From Candidatus Sumerlaeota bacterium (lineage in GTDB: Bacteria; Sumerlaeota; Sumerlaeia; UBA8349): DNA of 64,000 bases. Location: assembly GCA_016931035.1 (NCBI GenBank), contig JAFGFN010000026.1, forward strand, positions 21,235-85,234, in the 5' to 3' direction. The notes below the pieces were generated by a model, which did not search any database, was not told the DNA's origin, and was given only the letters and a program-made list of their open reading frames with translations. The translations under genes and the position numbers were made by a program. Of the stretch, positions 1 through 9,512 are shown one piece after another (positions within the stretch are counted from its first letter, which is position 1; each line of letters opens with the position of its first letter).

Positions 1-356
1 GCGAACGTCGCGCGCAGCCCGCCGGCACTCTGTCGGGAGGCGAACAACAGATGTTGGCGATCGGCCGCGCGTTGATGTCCAGACCCTCGCTTCTCTTGCT
101 CGACGAGCCGTCGATGGGTCTGGCGCCGCGCATCGCCCAAGATATTTTCGCCACGCTGTCCGATCTCAAGCGCTCCGACACAAGCATGCTGCTTGTCGAG
201 CAGAACGCCCACCTCGCCCTTCGCGCCGCCGACCGGGGATACGTGATCGAAACGGGACAGATCGTCCTGGAGGGCGACAGCGAGTCGTTGCGCTCGAACC
301 GCGACGTCCAACGCGCCTATCTCGGTCGCGGATACCAGGAAGCGTGGGACGCATAG
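1..356 (+). CDS. livF: Branched-chain amino acid ABC transporter ATP-binding protein, C-terminal fragment (gene begins upstream of the window)
   Basis: Frame 3 reads ...LSGGEQQMLAIGRALMSRPSLLLLDEPSMGLAP..., i.e. ABC signature plus Walker B. The C-terminus 'RDVQRAYLG' is typical of LivF. Stop at 354-356. Confidence 0.8.
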   Translation, partial: ERRAQPAGTLSGGEQQMLAIGRALMSRPSLLLLDEPSMGLAPRIAQDIFATLSDLKRSDTSMLLVEQNAHLALRAADRGYVIETGQIVLEGDSESLRSNRDVQRAYLGRGYQEAWDA

Positions 357-401
357 CAAGTTCGAAGGTTCCAGGTTGGAAGGTTTGAGGCTCCAGATCC
401 A

Positions 402-1433
402 ATGTCCGCTCTGTCCACCGCGTCCACCCTGACCAGCCGAGAGATCGTCCGGCGGACCCTCGACCGCGAGAACCCGCCGCGCGTGGCCCGGTCCTTCGCC
501 GAATCCGACTTCGTCGGCGCCGGGTGCAGCGTCCGCGGGCGATCTACATCATGGAGCGAGGTCGGCGGCGGACGCTGGGAGCGTCTCGACGAATGGGGCA
601 ACACATGGGCGCGGGTCGATCCCACGTCGAAGGGCGAGGTCGCCCGGGGCGTCCTGCGCGATCTGAACGACCTGGACCGATACGAGTTCCTCGACTACTC
701 GCGCCCGGAGGACTATGAGAACGTGGCGCGAGTCCGCGGCGAGAAGCCCGACAAGTGGCTCATCGCCTGGCTGCCCGGCTTCGCGTTCAACATCGCGCGC
801 AAAATGCGAACGATGGAGCAATACCTGATCGATCTTCTGGTCGAACGAGACCGCATTCGAGCGTTGCACGATCGGATCGACGGGCTGCTCGAAAACATGA
901 TTCGCAACCACGCGCGAGCGGGAGCCGACTCGGTCATGTTTCCCGAAGACTGGGGAACGCAGCAACAGACTCTGATCGCGCCCGCTCTTTGGCGCGAGGA
1001 ATTCTTCCCCCGGTTCCGCAATCTGTGCGCCTTGGCTCACGACCTCGGACTGCGTGTCTTCATGCACTCGTGCGGAGCGGTCGGCGACATCGTGCCGGGC
1101 CTCATCGAGGCCGGGATCGACGTTCTGCAATTCGATCAACCCGACCTGCACGGGATCGACAACTTGGCGCGGCATCAGGAGAACGCGCGGATCGCCTTCT
1201 GGTGCCCGGTGGACATTCAGAAGGTCTTGCCGACGGGGGACGAGCGTCTCATCCGCGCCAAGGCGCGCGAGATGGTCGAGAAACTCTGGCGCGGACGCGG
1301 CGGCTTCATCGCCGGATTCTACGGCGACATGGCCTCGATCGGCGTCCGCCCCGAATGGCAACAGTGGGCGTGCGAAGAGTTCACGCGATGTGGAATACAA
1401 GAGACGAGAGCCGTCAGGTCGAATCTCCGATAA
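402..1433 (+). CDS. Uroporphyrinogen decarboxylase (URO-D) family protein, possibly an MtaA/CmuA-like methyltransferase
   Basis: 343-aa ORF. Its length and (beta/alpha)8-barrel-like pattern (DRIDGLLENMIRNHARAGADSVMF...HSCG) resemble the URO-D superfamily. Assignment by pattern recognition only. Confidence 0.45.
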   Translation: MSALSTASTLTSREIVRRTLDRENPPRVARSFAESDFVGAGCSVRGRSTSWSEVGGGRWERLDEWGNTWARVDPTSKGEVARGVLRDLNDLDRYEFLDYSRPEDYENVARVRGEKPDKWLIAWLPGFAFNIARKMRTMEQYLIDLLVERDRIRALHDRIDGLLENMIRNHARAGADSVMFPEDWGTQQQTLIAPALWREEFFPRFRNLCALAHDLGLRVFMHSCGAVGDIVPGLIEAGIDVLQFDQPDLHGIDNLARHQENARIAFWCPVDIQKVLPTGDERLIRAKAREMVEKLWRGRGGFIAGFYGDMASIGVRPEWQQWACEEFTRCGIQETRAVRSNLR

Positions 1434-1465
1434 GGGGGGAGCGAATCCCCACCGGGAGGAATCCG

Positions 1466-2731
1466 ATGCCCATTCTCGATCCGAAAACAGAAACCGCCAG
1501 TCGCGTCGTCTTGCGACAGGTTCAACTCGAACGCCTTCAGGCGACCGTGAACCGGGCGTACCGACACGTAACCTACTATCGCGAGACGTTCGACCGCGCC
1601 GGCATCCTGCCCGAGAACATTCGGTCGCTCGACGATCTGGCGCGTCTGCCGATCACGACGCGCGACGATCTTCTCGCCCACCAGCCCTACGCCCTCTTCG
1701 CCGTCCCGCTGAGCGACGTCCTGCGCCTCCACCCCGCCGCGGGAGCGGGCGGACCCGTCGTGGTCGGCTACACGCAAAACGACATCGCCACCTGGACCCG
1801 CATGGCGGCGCGCTCGCTCGCTTCGGCCGGGGTCACGCGAGAAGACGTTCTCCAGATCACGCTCGACTACTCGCACGGCTCCGCGGCGATCGGGACGCAA
1901 TCGGGCGCCGAAATCCTCGGCGCCTCGGTCATCCCGTGTTCGGGCCTCTCGCCCGAGCGACAGGCCGAGGTCATGCGACACTACCGCGCAACGGTTCTGG
2001 CCGCGACCCCGTCGCAGGCGCTTCGTCTCGGAAGCGCCCTCGGCGACCTGGACCCCGCCTCGATCACGCTCCGCATCGCGTTCATCGTAGGAGAAGTGTG
2101 GTCCGATGCGCTGCGCGAAGAAATCGAATCCGTTCTGCCGGTCGAGGCGTTCGGCAGCTACGGCCTGTCCGAAATGGCCGTCCCGGGATTGGCCACCGAA
2201 TGCGAATGCCATTGCGGACTCCACGTGAGCGAGGACAACGCCCTGGCCGAAGTGGTGGACCCCGAGACCCGCGCCCTCCTCCCTAACGGCAAGGCGGGCG
2301 AGCTGGTCCTGACCACCCTCACGCGCGAAGCCGTCCCGATGATTCGATACGCCACGGGCGACTTGACCGTCCTCGACGACGCGGTCTGCGCGTGCGGCCG
2401 AACCTATGTCCGGATGTCGCCCACCCACGAACGCACGGACGACATGGTGGTCGTCGGAGGCGGCCGAGTGTCTCCGAAACAAATCGAGACCGTCCTCCAC
2501 GGCATTCTGCCCGACGCCCCGTTCCGAATTCACACGACGGGGGGCGAGGGACTCGAGAACCTGGAGATTCGCGTCGGAATGTCTCCCGAGTGGCTCGACG
2601 GCGAGATGCGACGCGTGCAGGAACTGCGCGACCGGATCGAGACGGCCATTCACGAACACTTGGGCGTGAGCGCCGAAATCCGCCTGGTCGAAACCAGCCG
2701 GATCGACCGTCCGCCCCGCGGAGGAGAATGA
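1466..2731 (+). CDS. Phenylacetate-CoA ligase (PaaK/F390 synthetase)-like adenylate-forming enzyme, divergent paralog
   Basis: ATG at 1466 preceded by 'gggagga'. Collinear with the downstream PaaK (shared LDDLARLPITTRDDL and TREAVPMIRYATGDL motifs), but the P-loop is AAGAGG instead of S/T-GTTG. The longer ORF from 755 is an Arg-rich spurious extension. Confidence 0.65.
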   Translation: MPILDPKTETASRVVLRQVQLERLQATVNRAYRHVTYYRETFDRAGILPENIRSLDDLARLPITTRDDLLAHQPYALFAVPLSDVLRLHPAAGAGGPVVVGYTQNDIATWTRMAARSLASAGVTREDVLQITLDYSHGSAAIGTQSGAEILGASVIPCSGLSPERQAEVMRHYRATVLAATPSQALRLGSALGDLDPASITLRIAFIVGEVWSDALREEIESVLPVEAFGSYGLSEMAVPGLATECECHCGLHVSEDNALAEVVDPETRALLPNGKAGELVLTTLTREAVPMIRYATGDLTVLDDAVCACGRTYVRMSPTHERTDDMVVVGGGRVSPKQIETVLHGILPDAPFRIHTTGGEGLENLEIRVGMSPEWLDGEMRRVQELRDRIETAIHEHLGVSAEIRLVETSRIDRPPRGGE

Positions 2732-2738
2732 AGCGAAG

Positions 2739-4061
2739 ATGAGCTACGAGATCTGGCAACCCGAATTCGAGTGCCTGCCGCGCGAGGAGATGCAGGCGCT
2801 TCAACTCACGCGTCTCAAGGAAACGCTCGCGCGCCTCTGTGAGAACGTCCCCTTCTACCGCGACCGTCTCAAAGAGGCGGGCGTCTCGCCCGATTCGATC
2901 CGCACGCTCGACGACGTGCGGCGCATCCCCTTCACCACGAAGGCCGATCTCCGCCAACACTATCCGTACGGTCTTCTCTCCGTCCCGCTGAAAAATGTGG
3001 CCCGGATCCACGCCTCGACCGGGACAACGGGCCAACCGACCGTGGTCGCCTACACGCGGCGCGATCTCGAGACCTGGGCCGACCTCGTCGCGCGGTTCGT
3101 TGTCGCGGCGGGAGTCCGCCCCGACGACCTGGTGCACATCGCCTTCTCCTACGGTCTCTTCACGGGCGGCTTCGGCCTCCACTACGGCATCGAGCGAATG
3201 GGCGCGGGCATTATCCCCGTCGCCGCGGGCAACACCGAACGCCAGGTCCGGATTCTCAAGGAGATGCGGCCGACCGCGCTGGTCTGCACCCCGAGCTACA
3301 GTCTCCACATCGCCGAGGTCATGGAATCGATGGGGATCACGCCCGAGGACATCGCCTTGCGGATCGGCCTATTCGGCGGCGAATTCTGGAGCGAGAGTCT
3401 GCGCCGCGAAATCGAGATCCGCCTGGGCATCGGCGCCACCGACAACTACGGCCTTTCCGAAGTCATCGGTCCCGGCGTCTCGGGCGAGTGCGTGGTCAAG
3501 AACGGAATGCACCTTCAGGAAGACCATTTTCTCATCGAACACATCGATCCCGAGACCGAACGGCCCGTCGCGCCGGGAGAAGTAGGCGAGCTGGTCATCA
3601 CCCCTCTCTCGCGCGAAGCGTTCTCCGTTCTCCGCTATCGCACCCGCGACCTCTGCACGTTGATCGACGAGCCGTGTTCCTGCGGCCGAACCACCCGACG
3701 GATGACCAAGGTGATCGGCCGCACCGACGACATGCTCATCGTCCGAGGCGTGAACCTGTTCCCCTCGCAGGTCGAGACGGTGCTTCTCGACATGGGGGGC
3801 GCGGAACCTCACTATCAAATCGTCGTGGGTCGCTCGGGAACCCTCGACGAGATGGAGATCCAGGTCGAGATGCCGCCCGAACTCTTCTCGGACGAAATGA
3901 AGGAACTTCACCAATTCGAACGCAATCTCGAAAAGCGGCTTCAGGGCGAACTCGGGGTGTCGTTCAAACTCACTCTCGTCGAGCCCCGCACGCTCGAACG
4001 TTCGATGGGTAAGGCGAAACGCGTCGTGGACCTCCGAGGCGAACAACAAAAGACGACGTGA
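2739..4061 (+). CDS. paaK: Phenylacetate-CoA ligase
   Basis: 440 aa with the canonical PaaK motifs IHASTGTTGQP, YGLSE and YRTRDL. Confidence 0.8.
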   Translation: MSYEIWQPEFECLPREEMQALQLTRLKETLARLCENVPFYRDRLKEAGVSPDSIRTLDDVRRIPFTTKADLRQHYPYGLLSVPLKNVARIHASTGTTGQPTVVAYTRRDLETWADLVARFVVAAGVRPDDLVHIAFSYGLFTGGFGLHYGIERMGAGIIPVAAGNTERQVRILKEMRPTALVCTPSYSLHIAEVMESMGITPEDIALRIGLFGGEFWSESLRREIEIRLGIGATDNYGLSEVIGPGVSGECVVKNGMHLQEDHFLIEHIDPETERPVAPGEVGELVITPLSREAFSVLRYRTRDLCTLIDEPCSCGRTTRRMTKVIGRTDDMLIVRGVNLFPSQVETVLLDMGGAEPHYQIVVGRSGTLDEMEIQVEMPPELFSDEMKELHQFERNLEKRLQGELGVSFKLTLVEPRTLERSMGKAKRVVDLRGEQQKTT

Positions 4062-5776
4062 TCGCCCCCCCTGACCTTCGTCGGTTCCCGGAGCACGCCA
4101 TGCGCTGGAAAGCGCTCCTCTTCCTGGCCGTCTGCGTCTCCGCCGCGGCGGCGTTTCCCGGCCTCTACGGATGGGCGAAGACCCCGCCCAACGCTCTCTA
4201 TCTGTGGAGCGGCGCCCCCTGGGACAACAACGGCTACCTGCTTCTCATGCACCTGGGCTACGACGGCGCGTGGCTCTACGACAACCTCTGGACGACCGAA
4301 CCCCACCCGCGCATTCTTTCCCTCCCCTTCTACATCGCCCTCGGCCACGTCGCGAGAGGGTATGGCTGGTCGTGGGGACGGTTTTCCGGAAATCCCATTC
4401 CCGTCTGGAAGGCGATCCCACCTGTTTACGAGATCGCGCGCGCCGTCGTCACTTTGCTTCTTGTTTTCGCGATCTACGGCATGACGACGCTACTCACCGC
4501 CCGGCGACACCGCCGCCTCTGGATCGTCGCCTACTGCCTCTTCGCCGCGGGAACGACCGGTTTGGGAAAAGACATCACCGGGTTCACCGAGGGGAGCGTG
4601 TTGGCCTCGTGCAGCGCCTATCCGCACTTCACCGCATCTTTGATCCTCTATGTGGGCGCGTGCTCGGCGATGCTTCTCGGGCTGCGACTCGATGAATCCG
4701 CCCACCCGACCGTCCGCGATCCCCGCTTCCGAGCGTGGGCGTGGGTTCTTGCGATTGCGAGCGGGTTGGGACTCGCCTGGGTCCATGCCTTCGACCTCCC
4801 GCCACTCTTCGCGGTCGGCGCGGTCGTCCTCCTGGTGCGATGGCGCCAGGCGCGGCGAATTCCGCGCGTCACGCTGACCGTCTACCTCGCGTTTTGCGCC
4901 GTCGCGGGGGTGTCGGTTCTCTATCAGATGTCGATCATGCGGCGCTGGGAGGTTTTTCGCCTGATGGACAGCAACAACGTGTTGTATTGGTGGAGCCGGT
5001 GGGCGTCGCTCAAGACGATGGACGGCCTCCTGTGGCTTTCCGTCCCCGGCCTGGCGTTTCTCCTACTGACCCGTCGGCGTCGTCCCGAGGCCGTCTTTCT
5101 GGTCGCGTGGGTGGTCACGGCGATCGTCGCGATGCACGCGCCGGTCAAATACCAGCGACGCCTGATCGAGGGACTCCCGATCGCCTTGGCGTGCGTTCTC
5201 CCCTGGACGGTCGAGGGACTCCTCGTCCGCCCCCTGTTGCGCCGAGGCGCGCGGCCGGTCAACGTTCGCGGTCGAATCCGCCTCGTACGTCACGCGGCCT
5301 ATGCGCTGGTCCTCGTCGCGCTCCTGCCGCGCACGATCGCCATTCTCTACGAACGCAGCGTCGGCCGATTCGGCGCCGCGGACGATCTCTACTACGTCGA
5401 CATGAGAGAAGTGGAGGCGGCGGATTGGCTTGCGCGTCACGCGCCCGCCGGATCGACGGTTTGGGCTTCGCGGAGACGAGGCAACCGCATGCCTTTTCTC
5501 GCCGGGCTGCGCGTCTTTTACGGACATCAGATCATGACCGTGCACCCGGAGCGCAAAGCGTTCTTGACCGATTGCCTGTTCTCATTCGTTCTTCCCCTAG
5601 CGGAGTTCCGCCGCATCGTCGAGGAACACGGGATCGACTACGTCTTCTGGACGCGCGCCGACCGGACTCGCGGCCCCTTTCCGGACGGCGACATGGAGAC
5701 CTACGATCCCAAGACGCTCGGGAAACCGGTTTTCGACAACGGTTTCGCCAAGATCTTCGCCGTTCGCAAGGATTGA
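4058..5776 (+). CDS. Polytopic integral membrane protein of unknown function (GT-C-like topology)
   Basis: 572-aa ORF with many hydrophobic helices. ATGA overlap with the paaK stop. An alternative start is at 4100 (MRWKALLFL). Confidence 0.5.
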   Translation: MIAPPDLRRFPEHAMRWKALLFLAVCVSAAAAFPGLYGWAKTPPNALYLWSGAPWDNNGYLLLMHLGYDGAWLYDNLWTTEPHPRILSLPFYIALGHVARGYGWSWGRFSGNPIPVWKAIPPVYEIARAVVTLLLVFAIYGMTTLLTARRHRRLWIVAYCLFAAGTTGLGKDITGFTEGSVLASCSAYPHFTASLILYVGACSAMLLGLRLDESAHPTVRDPRFRAWAWVLAIASGLGLAWVHAFDLPPLFAVGAVVLLVRWRQARRIPRVTLTVYLAFCAVAGVSVLYQMSIMRRWEVFRLMDSNNVLYWWSRWASLKTMDGLLWLSVPGLAFLLLTRRRRPEAVFLVAWVVTAIVAMHAPVKYQRRLIEGLPIALACVLPWTVEGLLVRPLLRRGARPVNVRGRIRLVRHAAYALVLVALLPRTIAILYERSVGRFGAADDLYYVDMREVEAADWLARHAPAGSTVWASRRRGNRMPFLAGLRVFYGHQIMTVHPERKAFLTDCLFSFVLPLAEFRRIVEEHGIDYVFWTRADRTRGPFPDGDMETYDPKTLGKPVFDNGFAKIFAVRKD

Positions 5777-5889
5777 CCCCATGTCCGAAGGGTTCCAACT
5801 GGACGGCGTCCGCACAGATTGATACTCTGTCTCCCTGACCGCACCCGTCGCGGGCGCGGGTTTGAGGCACCGCGCGAAGACGATGGAGG

Positions 5890-7746
5890 ATGGGGTCGAA
5901 CATGACCGAGACCGAGTGGATTCTCGTCTTCCTGACGGCGATCTTCGTCCTGGGAATCGGCGCCCAATGGCTCGCCTGGCGGTTGCGCGTCCCGTCGATT
6001 CTCCTCCTCCTGGCCTTCGGATTACTCGCCGGGCCGGGCCTGGGTTGGATCGATCCCGACGCGTTGTTCGGCAACACGCTCTTCCCCATCGTCTCGTTGT
6101 CGGTCGCGGTAATTCTGTTCGAGGGCGGCCTGAGCCTTCGTCTCCACGAGCTGCACGAGACTCTGGCCGTGATTCGCAATCTGGTCACCGTCGGCGCGCT
6201 GGTCACCTGGGTTTTGGCCTCGCTCGGCGCCTGGCTCATCCTCGGTTTCGACCCCCAGGTCGCCGTCGTCCTGGGCGCGATCCTCGTCGTCACCGGACCG
6301 ACGGTCATCGGCCCTCTCCTCCGCCACATCCATCCTGTGCGCCGCGCCGGGGTCATCTCCAAGTGGGAAGGCATCATCATCGATCCCGTCGGTGCGTCTC
6401 TGGCCGTCCTGGTCTTCGAGGCGACTCAAGCCATCGGTTCCCACGGACTGGGCGAGGCATCGGTCCAGGTCGGCCGGAGCATCCTTCTGACCGTCGCAAC
6501 GGGAGGGGTCATCGGCGCAGCCGTAGCCGGACTCGCCGTTCTCCTCTTGCGCCGCTACTGGATGCCCGACTTTCTCCAAAGCCCGATGCTCCTCATGTTT
6601 GTCGCCGCCGCGTTCACGGCCTCCAACCTGATTCACGAAGACTCGGGATTGTTGACCGTCACCCTGATGGGGATCGTCCTCGCGAACCAGAAGGCCGTGC
6701 CCATCCGCCACATCGTCGAGTTCAAGGAGAATCTCCGCGTCCTCCTGATCTCGACCCTCTTCATCCTGCTCGCCTCTCGCCTCAAGCGCAGCGACTTGGC
6801 GCAGCTCGGGTGGCACAGCGCGGTGTTCGTCGCGTTCCTGATGCTGATCGTACGTCCCGCTTCCGTTCTCCTGTCCACGATCCGCTCGGGCCTGAATTGG
6901 CGCGAGAAAGCGTTTCTCTCGTGGCTCGCGCCGCGCGGCATCGTCGCGGCCGCGGTGGCCTCGGTGTTCGCGCTGCGCTTCGGCGAGGAAGGGACGAGAC
7001 TGGTCCAGGAGACCTTCCTGGTCATCGCGGCCACGGTCGCCATCTACGGCTTGACCACCCCATGGCTCGCGCGCCGCCTCGGCCTGGCGACCCCCAATCC
7101 CCAGGGAATCCTCATCGTCGGCGCCAATTCGGTCGGACTCGCCATCGGCGCCAAGATCCGAGAGGCCGATTATCGCGTCGTCTTCCTCGACACGAACCGC
7201 CGAGCGGTCCGCGAGGCGCGCATGGCGGGTTTCGAGGCGCACTGCGAGAACATCCTGGCCGAGGGCGTGTTCGAGACGATCGACCTGGGAGGCGTCGGGC
7301 GCATCCTGCTCCTGACCCCGAACGATGAGGTCAACGCCCTGGCGGCGCTCCACGTCATGGAGGTGTTCGGCCGCGCTTCCGTCTTCCAGATTCCGCCCCA
7401 ATCCGAAGGCGTGAAGACCAAACCCGAGGCCGTCTCCGGCAAGCGGCGCGGACGCCCGCTTTTCGCGCCGCACTCCAGTTACCTCTACTTCTGGAACCGC
7501 TTGAGAGAGGGCGCTCAGGTCAAGAAGACCCCCCTGAGCGACGAATTCGGCTATGCCGAGTTCCGGGCGAAGTACGGCGACGCGGCGTTGCCCCTCTTCA
7601 TCATCGACAAGGACAAGAACCTGTCCATTTGCACGGCGGACCGCGAGGCCGCGCCCCAGGCGGGAGAATCCCTGATCGCCCTGGTCGACGATCCCGACCC
7701 CGATTCCCCGACCCGCGACTCGGACGAACCATCCTCTTCGTCCTGA
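5890..7746 (+). CDS. Na+/H+ antiporter, CPA1/NhaP type, with a C-terminal TrkA-N-like regulatory domain
   Basis: An N-terminal transmembrane domain of about 400 aa (motif LFEGGLSL) is followed by a soluble Rossmann-like region. An alternative start is at 5902. Confidence 0.8.
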   Translation: MGSNMTETEWILVFLTAIFVLGIGAQWLAWRLRVPSILLLLAFGLLAGPGLGWIDPDALFGNTLFPIVSLSVAVILFEGGLSLRLHELHETLAVIRNLVTVGALVTWVLASLGAWLILGFDPQVAVVLGAILVVTGPTVIGPLLRHIHPVRRAGVISKWEGIIIDPVGASLAVLVFEATQAIGSHGLGEASVQVGRSILLTVATGGVIGAAVAGLAVLLLRRYWMPDFLQSPMLLMFVAAAFTASNLIHEDSGLLTVTLMGIVLANQKAVPIRHIVEFKENLRVLLISTLFILLASRLKRSDLAQLGWHSAVFVAFLMLIVRPASVLLSTIRSGLNWREKAFLSWLAPRGIVAAAVASVFALRFGEEGTRLVQETFLVIAATVAIYGLTTPWLARRLGLATPNPQGILIVGANSVGLAIGAKIREADYRVVFLDTNRRAVREARMAGFEAHCENILAEGVFETIDLGGVGRILLLTPNDEVNALAALHVMEVFGRASVFQIPPQSEGVKTKPEAVSGKRRGRPLFAPHSSYLYFWNRLREGAQVKKTPLSDEFGYAEFRAKYGDAALPLFIIDKDKNLSICTADREAAPQAGESLIALVDDPDPDSPTRDSDEPSSSS

Positions 7747-7889
7747 CTCGACGAGTTCAAACTGGACGAAGCGGGCCGGGCTTGGTAGGCTGCGTAGTCC
7801 GCTGTTCGCGTCGCGACGCAACCCGGAGTGCGCCGTTCGTCTCGCTCTCGATCGAACCGCGAAAAGACTCATCCGGCATCGGAAATCGC

Positions 7890-9335
7890 ATGAAATACGA
7901 AACGATCATCGGCTTTGAAGTTCACGTCGAGCTCTCGACGAATACGAAAGTGTTCTGCGGGTGTTCCACCGTCTTCGGACAACCGCCCAACACACAGGTC
8001 TGTCCCGTATGCCTCGGGCTGCCCGGGTCGCTGCCCGTCCTGAACCGGAAGGCGCTCGATCTCTCGCTCCGCACGGCGGTGGCGCTGAATTGCCGGATCA
8101 ACCGGCAGTGTCAGTTCGAGCGCAAGAACTACTACTATCCCGACCTGCCCAAGAACTATCAGATCTCGCAGCTCCGGCAGAACCTCGGCGTGGACGGCTT
8201 TCTCGACATTCCCATCGGCGACGGTTCCGAACAAAAGCGCATTCGCATCCACAACATCCACCTCGAAGAGGACGCCGGGAAAAACGTGCATCCCGAAAAC
8301 GCGGCGGCCGACTGCAGCCTCGTCGATCTGAACCGCACCGGGACCCCCTTGCTCGAAATCGTCTCCGAGCCCGACATCCGCGGCGCCGACGAGGCGATGG
8401 CCTATATGCAGGCGCTCAAGAACCTCCTGGAATACATCCAGGTCAGCGACTGCAACATGCACGAGGGGCGTCTGCGATTCGAGGTCAACATCTCGCATCG
8501 CCTTGCGGGCGAAACCGAGCTCCCCTCTTTCCGGTCCGAAATCAAAAACCTCGGGTCGATGAAAAGCGCCGTGCGATGCATCGAGTACGAAGCCAAGCGT
8601 CAAACGCGCGCCCTCGATCGAGGCGAAACCCTCGGGCGCGACACTCGTCTCTGGGACGACGAAACCGGTCGCTCCCAGGCGATGCGGTCGAAGGAAAGCG
8701 CGCACGACTACCGTTACTTCCCCGAGCCCGACCTCGTCGAACTCGACATCGAAAACGATTGGATCGAGCGCGTCCGAGCGGAGTTGCCCGAACTCCCCGC
8801 GGCCAAGAAGGCGCGTTTCATCGAACGGTACGGTCTTCCCGAATACGACGCGGGCGTTCTGACCGCCTCGCGTCCCCTGGCGGAATACTACGAGCAGGTC
8901 GTCGCCGCGCACGACAATCCGAAAGCCGCGAGCAATTGGATCATGACCGAGCTCCTGCGCGAACTCAACGAACGCGAAATCGAAGCGCGCGAATCCCCCG
9001 TCGCGCCCGAACATCTGGGAAAGATGATCCGGATGATCGACGCGAAAACGATCTCGGGCAAAATCGCCAAGGACGTGTTCGCCGAAATGCTCGCGGGCGG
9101 AGGCGATCCCGAACGAATCGTCCAGGACAAAGGTTGGGTCCAAGTCACGGACAGCGGTCAGGTCGAAACCTGGGTCGACGAAGCGATCCGGGCCAATCCC
9201 GGACCGGCTAGCGACTACGGCCAAGGCAAGGACCGCGCGATGGGATTCCTGGTGGGCCAGGTGATGCGCCTCAGCCAGGGCAAGGCCAACCCCGGCCTCG
9301 TCAACGAGCTGATCAAGAAACGCCTTCGCCCCTGA
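7890..9335 (+). CDS. gatB: Asp-tRNA(Asn)/Glu-tRNA(Gln) amidotransferase subunit B
   Basis: Starts MKYETIIGFEVHVEL and ends in a YqeY-like tail. The upstream part of the long ORF from 7629 is rejected. Confidence 0.9.
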   Translation: MKYETIIGFEVHVELSTNTKVFCGCSTVFGQPPNTQVCPVCLGLPGSLPVLNRKALDLSLRTAVALNCRINRQCQFERKNYYYPDLPKNYQISQLRQNLGVDGFLDIPIGDGSEQKRIRIHNIHLEEDAGKNVHPENAAADCSLVDLNRTGTPLLEIVSEPDIRGADEAMAYMQALKNLLEYIQVSDCNMHEGRLRFEVNISHRLAGETELPSFRSEIKNLGSMKSAVRCIEYEAKRQTRALDRGETLGRDTRLWDDETGRSQAMRSKESAHDYRYFPEPDLVELDIENDWIERVRAELPELPAAKKARFIERYGLPEYDAGVLTASRPLAEYYEQVVAAHDNPKAASNWIMTELLRELNEREIEARESPVAPEHLGKMIRMIDAKTISGKIAKDVFAEMLAGGGDPERIVQDKGWVQVTDSGQVETWVDEAIRANPGPASDYGQGKDRAMGFLVGQVMRLSQGKANPGLVNELIKKRLRP

Positions 9336-9433
9336 GAGTAAACATCGGACGATGGACGCCGAGAGTCCGCCGCCCGCTGAGCGAAAAAAGCCGTGCAAAC
9401 AAATCGCCGTCGAAGTAAGAATTAGAACCGGCG

Positions 9434-9451
9434 GGACCTGAATTCAGGTCC
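9434..9451. terminator. Perfect 18-nt palindrome ggacctgaattcaggtcc (stem 7, loop aauu) 99 nt after the gatB stop. Possible terminator or protein-binding site.
   Basis: Sequence is its own reverse complement. No T-tract follows it. Confidence 0.3.
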
Positions 9452-9512
9452 ACCCAGTCCTGCGAGTCTATTTCGTCCACTCAACAAAAACCCCGAAAGG
9501 AACCCGAACCCG

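Noticed and set aside
1054-2286. 410-aa Arg/Pro-rich ORF (similar ones at 5862..7328, 24791..27328, 19315..21414, 6022..7872, 45793..47034)
   Set aside because: Alternative-frame ORFs typical of high-GC DNA. Low-complexity RGRP-type composition, fully overlapping well-supported genes.
755-2731. 658-aa ORF extending the first PaaK-like gene upstream to 755
   Set aside because: The N-terminal 237 aa are Arg/Ala-rich with no domain signal and overlap the URO-D-family gene in another frame. The internal ATG at 1466 has an RBS and aligns with the paralog N-terminus.
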